Of a DNA stretch of 64,000 nt, positions 62,567-64,000 are shown in pieces. The notes below the pieces were generated by a model. The model searched no databases and was not told the origin of the DNA. It saw only the letters and a program-made list of their open reading frames with translations. The translations under genes and the position numbers were made by a program. This DNA comes from Owenia fusiformis (taxonomy: Eukaryota), in NCBI GenBank assembly GCA_903813345.2, contig CAIIXF020000001.1, forward strand, positions 5,952,001-6,016,000, given 5' to 3'. The number at the start of each line of letters is the position of its first letter. Within the stretch, counting starts at the first letter, position 1.

Positions 62567-62964
62567 CACTGGTACTCACCTAGTTTCACTGACGACACGT
62601 CAGCGTAACAAGATGGAAGAACTTCTGGGCTTCGTTTTCGGTAAGATATTTTTATTTATCGATTCCACACCACTTACGAGTCAAGTTATGGATAATAATT
62701 TGGCTCAAAGTTAAGGAAGATAGTGTAGTTTGAGAATATGCAGGTGTTTCTATGTTTGGTATATTGACAAAGATGCAATTCAAATATTTAGTCCTTCGCT
62801 TTTGTTACGTTGACGATCTCCATGAACATTGTCACATTGGCAATATTATTGTCCACAACTTGACTTATAAGTGGTGTAGAATCGATAAATAAAAATATCT
62901 TACCGAAAACGAAGCCTGGAAGTTCTTCCATCTTGTTACGCTGACGTATAGGTGAGTACCAGTG
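62567..62964. mobile_element. Foldback MITE with CACTGGT termini and 5-bp TSD (ATGCT)
   Basis: ATGCT|CACTGGTACTCACCTA ... TAGGTGAGTACCAGTG|ATGCT; arms of about 110-120 bp. Confidence 0.8.
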
Positions 62965-63349
62965 ATGCTACCTATACTCCAGCACTGCCATTCTATATAC
63001 AGTATTTGTATAATTCCCCAGGTAAAAATCATCATCTGTATCATCTAAATCATCCTGTATTTGTTAAAATTTCATCCTTAAAACTGTAAACAAAAAATAT
63101 TAAGTTCAGTTATTTTGACCGATGTAGTTTTTTTCTAAGAGATAATGGTGATGCATTTCTGTATTGGAGACTAGATATGAGATACAAGATCAATGTTGTT
63201 ATTAAATTACATGGAAGTTATAAAAGTATATATTTTATTTAATAGACCTATCCAGGGGGTGAGAGTCAACCTTTAAATTCATTCTGATCTGATTCATTGC
63301 CATAATATCATGATGTGATTTCATCCTTAACACAACCAGCAATGCATTT

Positions 63350-63851
63350 CAGGGCTTGCATTAACGGCGTCCCGTACATGTTAAGGACTCAAAAATAATT
63401 TGGAAATATTTCCGTTTTTTGGACGCAAAATTTTTTTTAGGTCACATACTACAATGTGTTTACAACGATACCTAACAAAAACAAATAATTATGATCTCTC
63501 ACCTTTATTTGAATCGTAAATAAGGCTCAACATGTTGAATAATTACAAATAATCATGATTCTCTCGAATTTTTTCGACCTTGTTTATTTTTAGATTTGAA
63601 ACCATGACACGCAACAGTTTTTCCTATTCAGAAACAAATATTAGGTTTTTCATGAAATGAAATGTATTCATTGTCGAATGAACGAACATGCATTTATTCA
63701 GTCCGTACTTAACGTTTACTTCCATTTTAAATTCGCGGCAAGAAATCAAAAACTGAAAAATAAGGGACACACTTTTTTTTCAAAGGACACACTTTTTAAA
63801 AAAAATTGCGTCCTTGGGACTCACAAATTTTCTAACCTAATGCAAGCGCTG
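63350..63851. mobile_element. hAT-like MITE
   Basis: CAGGGCTTGCATTA ... TAATGCAAGCGCTG TIRs; the TSD is not clean. Confidence 0.55.
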
Positions 63852-64000
63852 CATTTTGTGGTCAATAGTTTGATAGTCAATTGGCCACACTTTCAACAAA
63901 TGTTATCAAGTATTTCAAATAAGGTACAATGTACAAATAAGGCAAATTTCCTGAATTAAGGTAGTTATTTACATGGCTCCATACTATAATTAGGAGCAAT

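Noticed and set aside
53475-64000. Further USP5 exons (UBA domains, His box)
   Set aside because: No matching translation found by eye; they are presumed to lie beyond the window, though a small exon could have been missed.

Overview
AT-rich eukaryotic (invertebrate animal-like) genomic DNA with spliceosomal GT-AG introns and very dense transposon content; no prokaryotic features, rRNA, tRNA or CRISPR arrays were seen. Core genes: a CDCA3/Tome-1-like gene (minus strand, CDS 25352-23449) arranged head-to-head with the first 12 coding exons of a USP5/USP13-family deubiquitinase (plus strand, from 28153, continuing past the window end). They share a short promoter with a CDE/CHR-like element and CCAAT boxes, and human CDCA3 and USP5 are also head-to-head neighbours. 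USP5 intron 11 holds a CR1/L2-group LINE with a degenerate 2A-like motif. That LINE is split by a young Tx1/L1-clade LINE with a 15-bp target-site duplication and poly(A). The presumed USP5 intron 12 holds an antisense nested ORF resembling KCNE/MinK single-pass channel subunits. Also present: the 3' end of a gene with a Tudor-like C-terminus (1-843), an intron-containing decayed KDZ (Kyakuja/Dileera/Zisupton) transposase (about 6.5-11.7 kb, minus), a 377-aa protein of unknown function (18618-19751), many MITE/foldback elements with readable target-site duplications (TSDs), Helentron-associated (DINE/HINE-like) elements and two minisatellites. All family assignments are by-eye motif recognition; no database searches were run.
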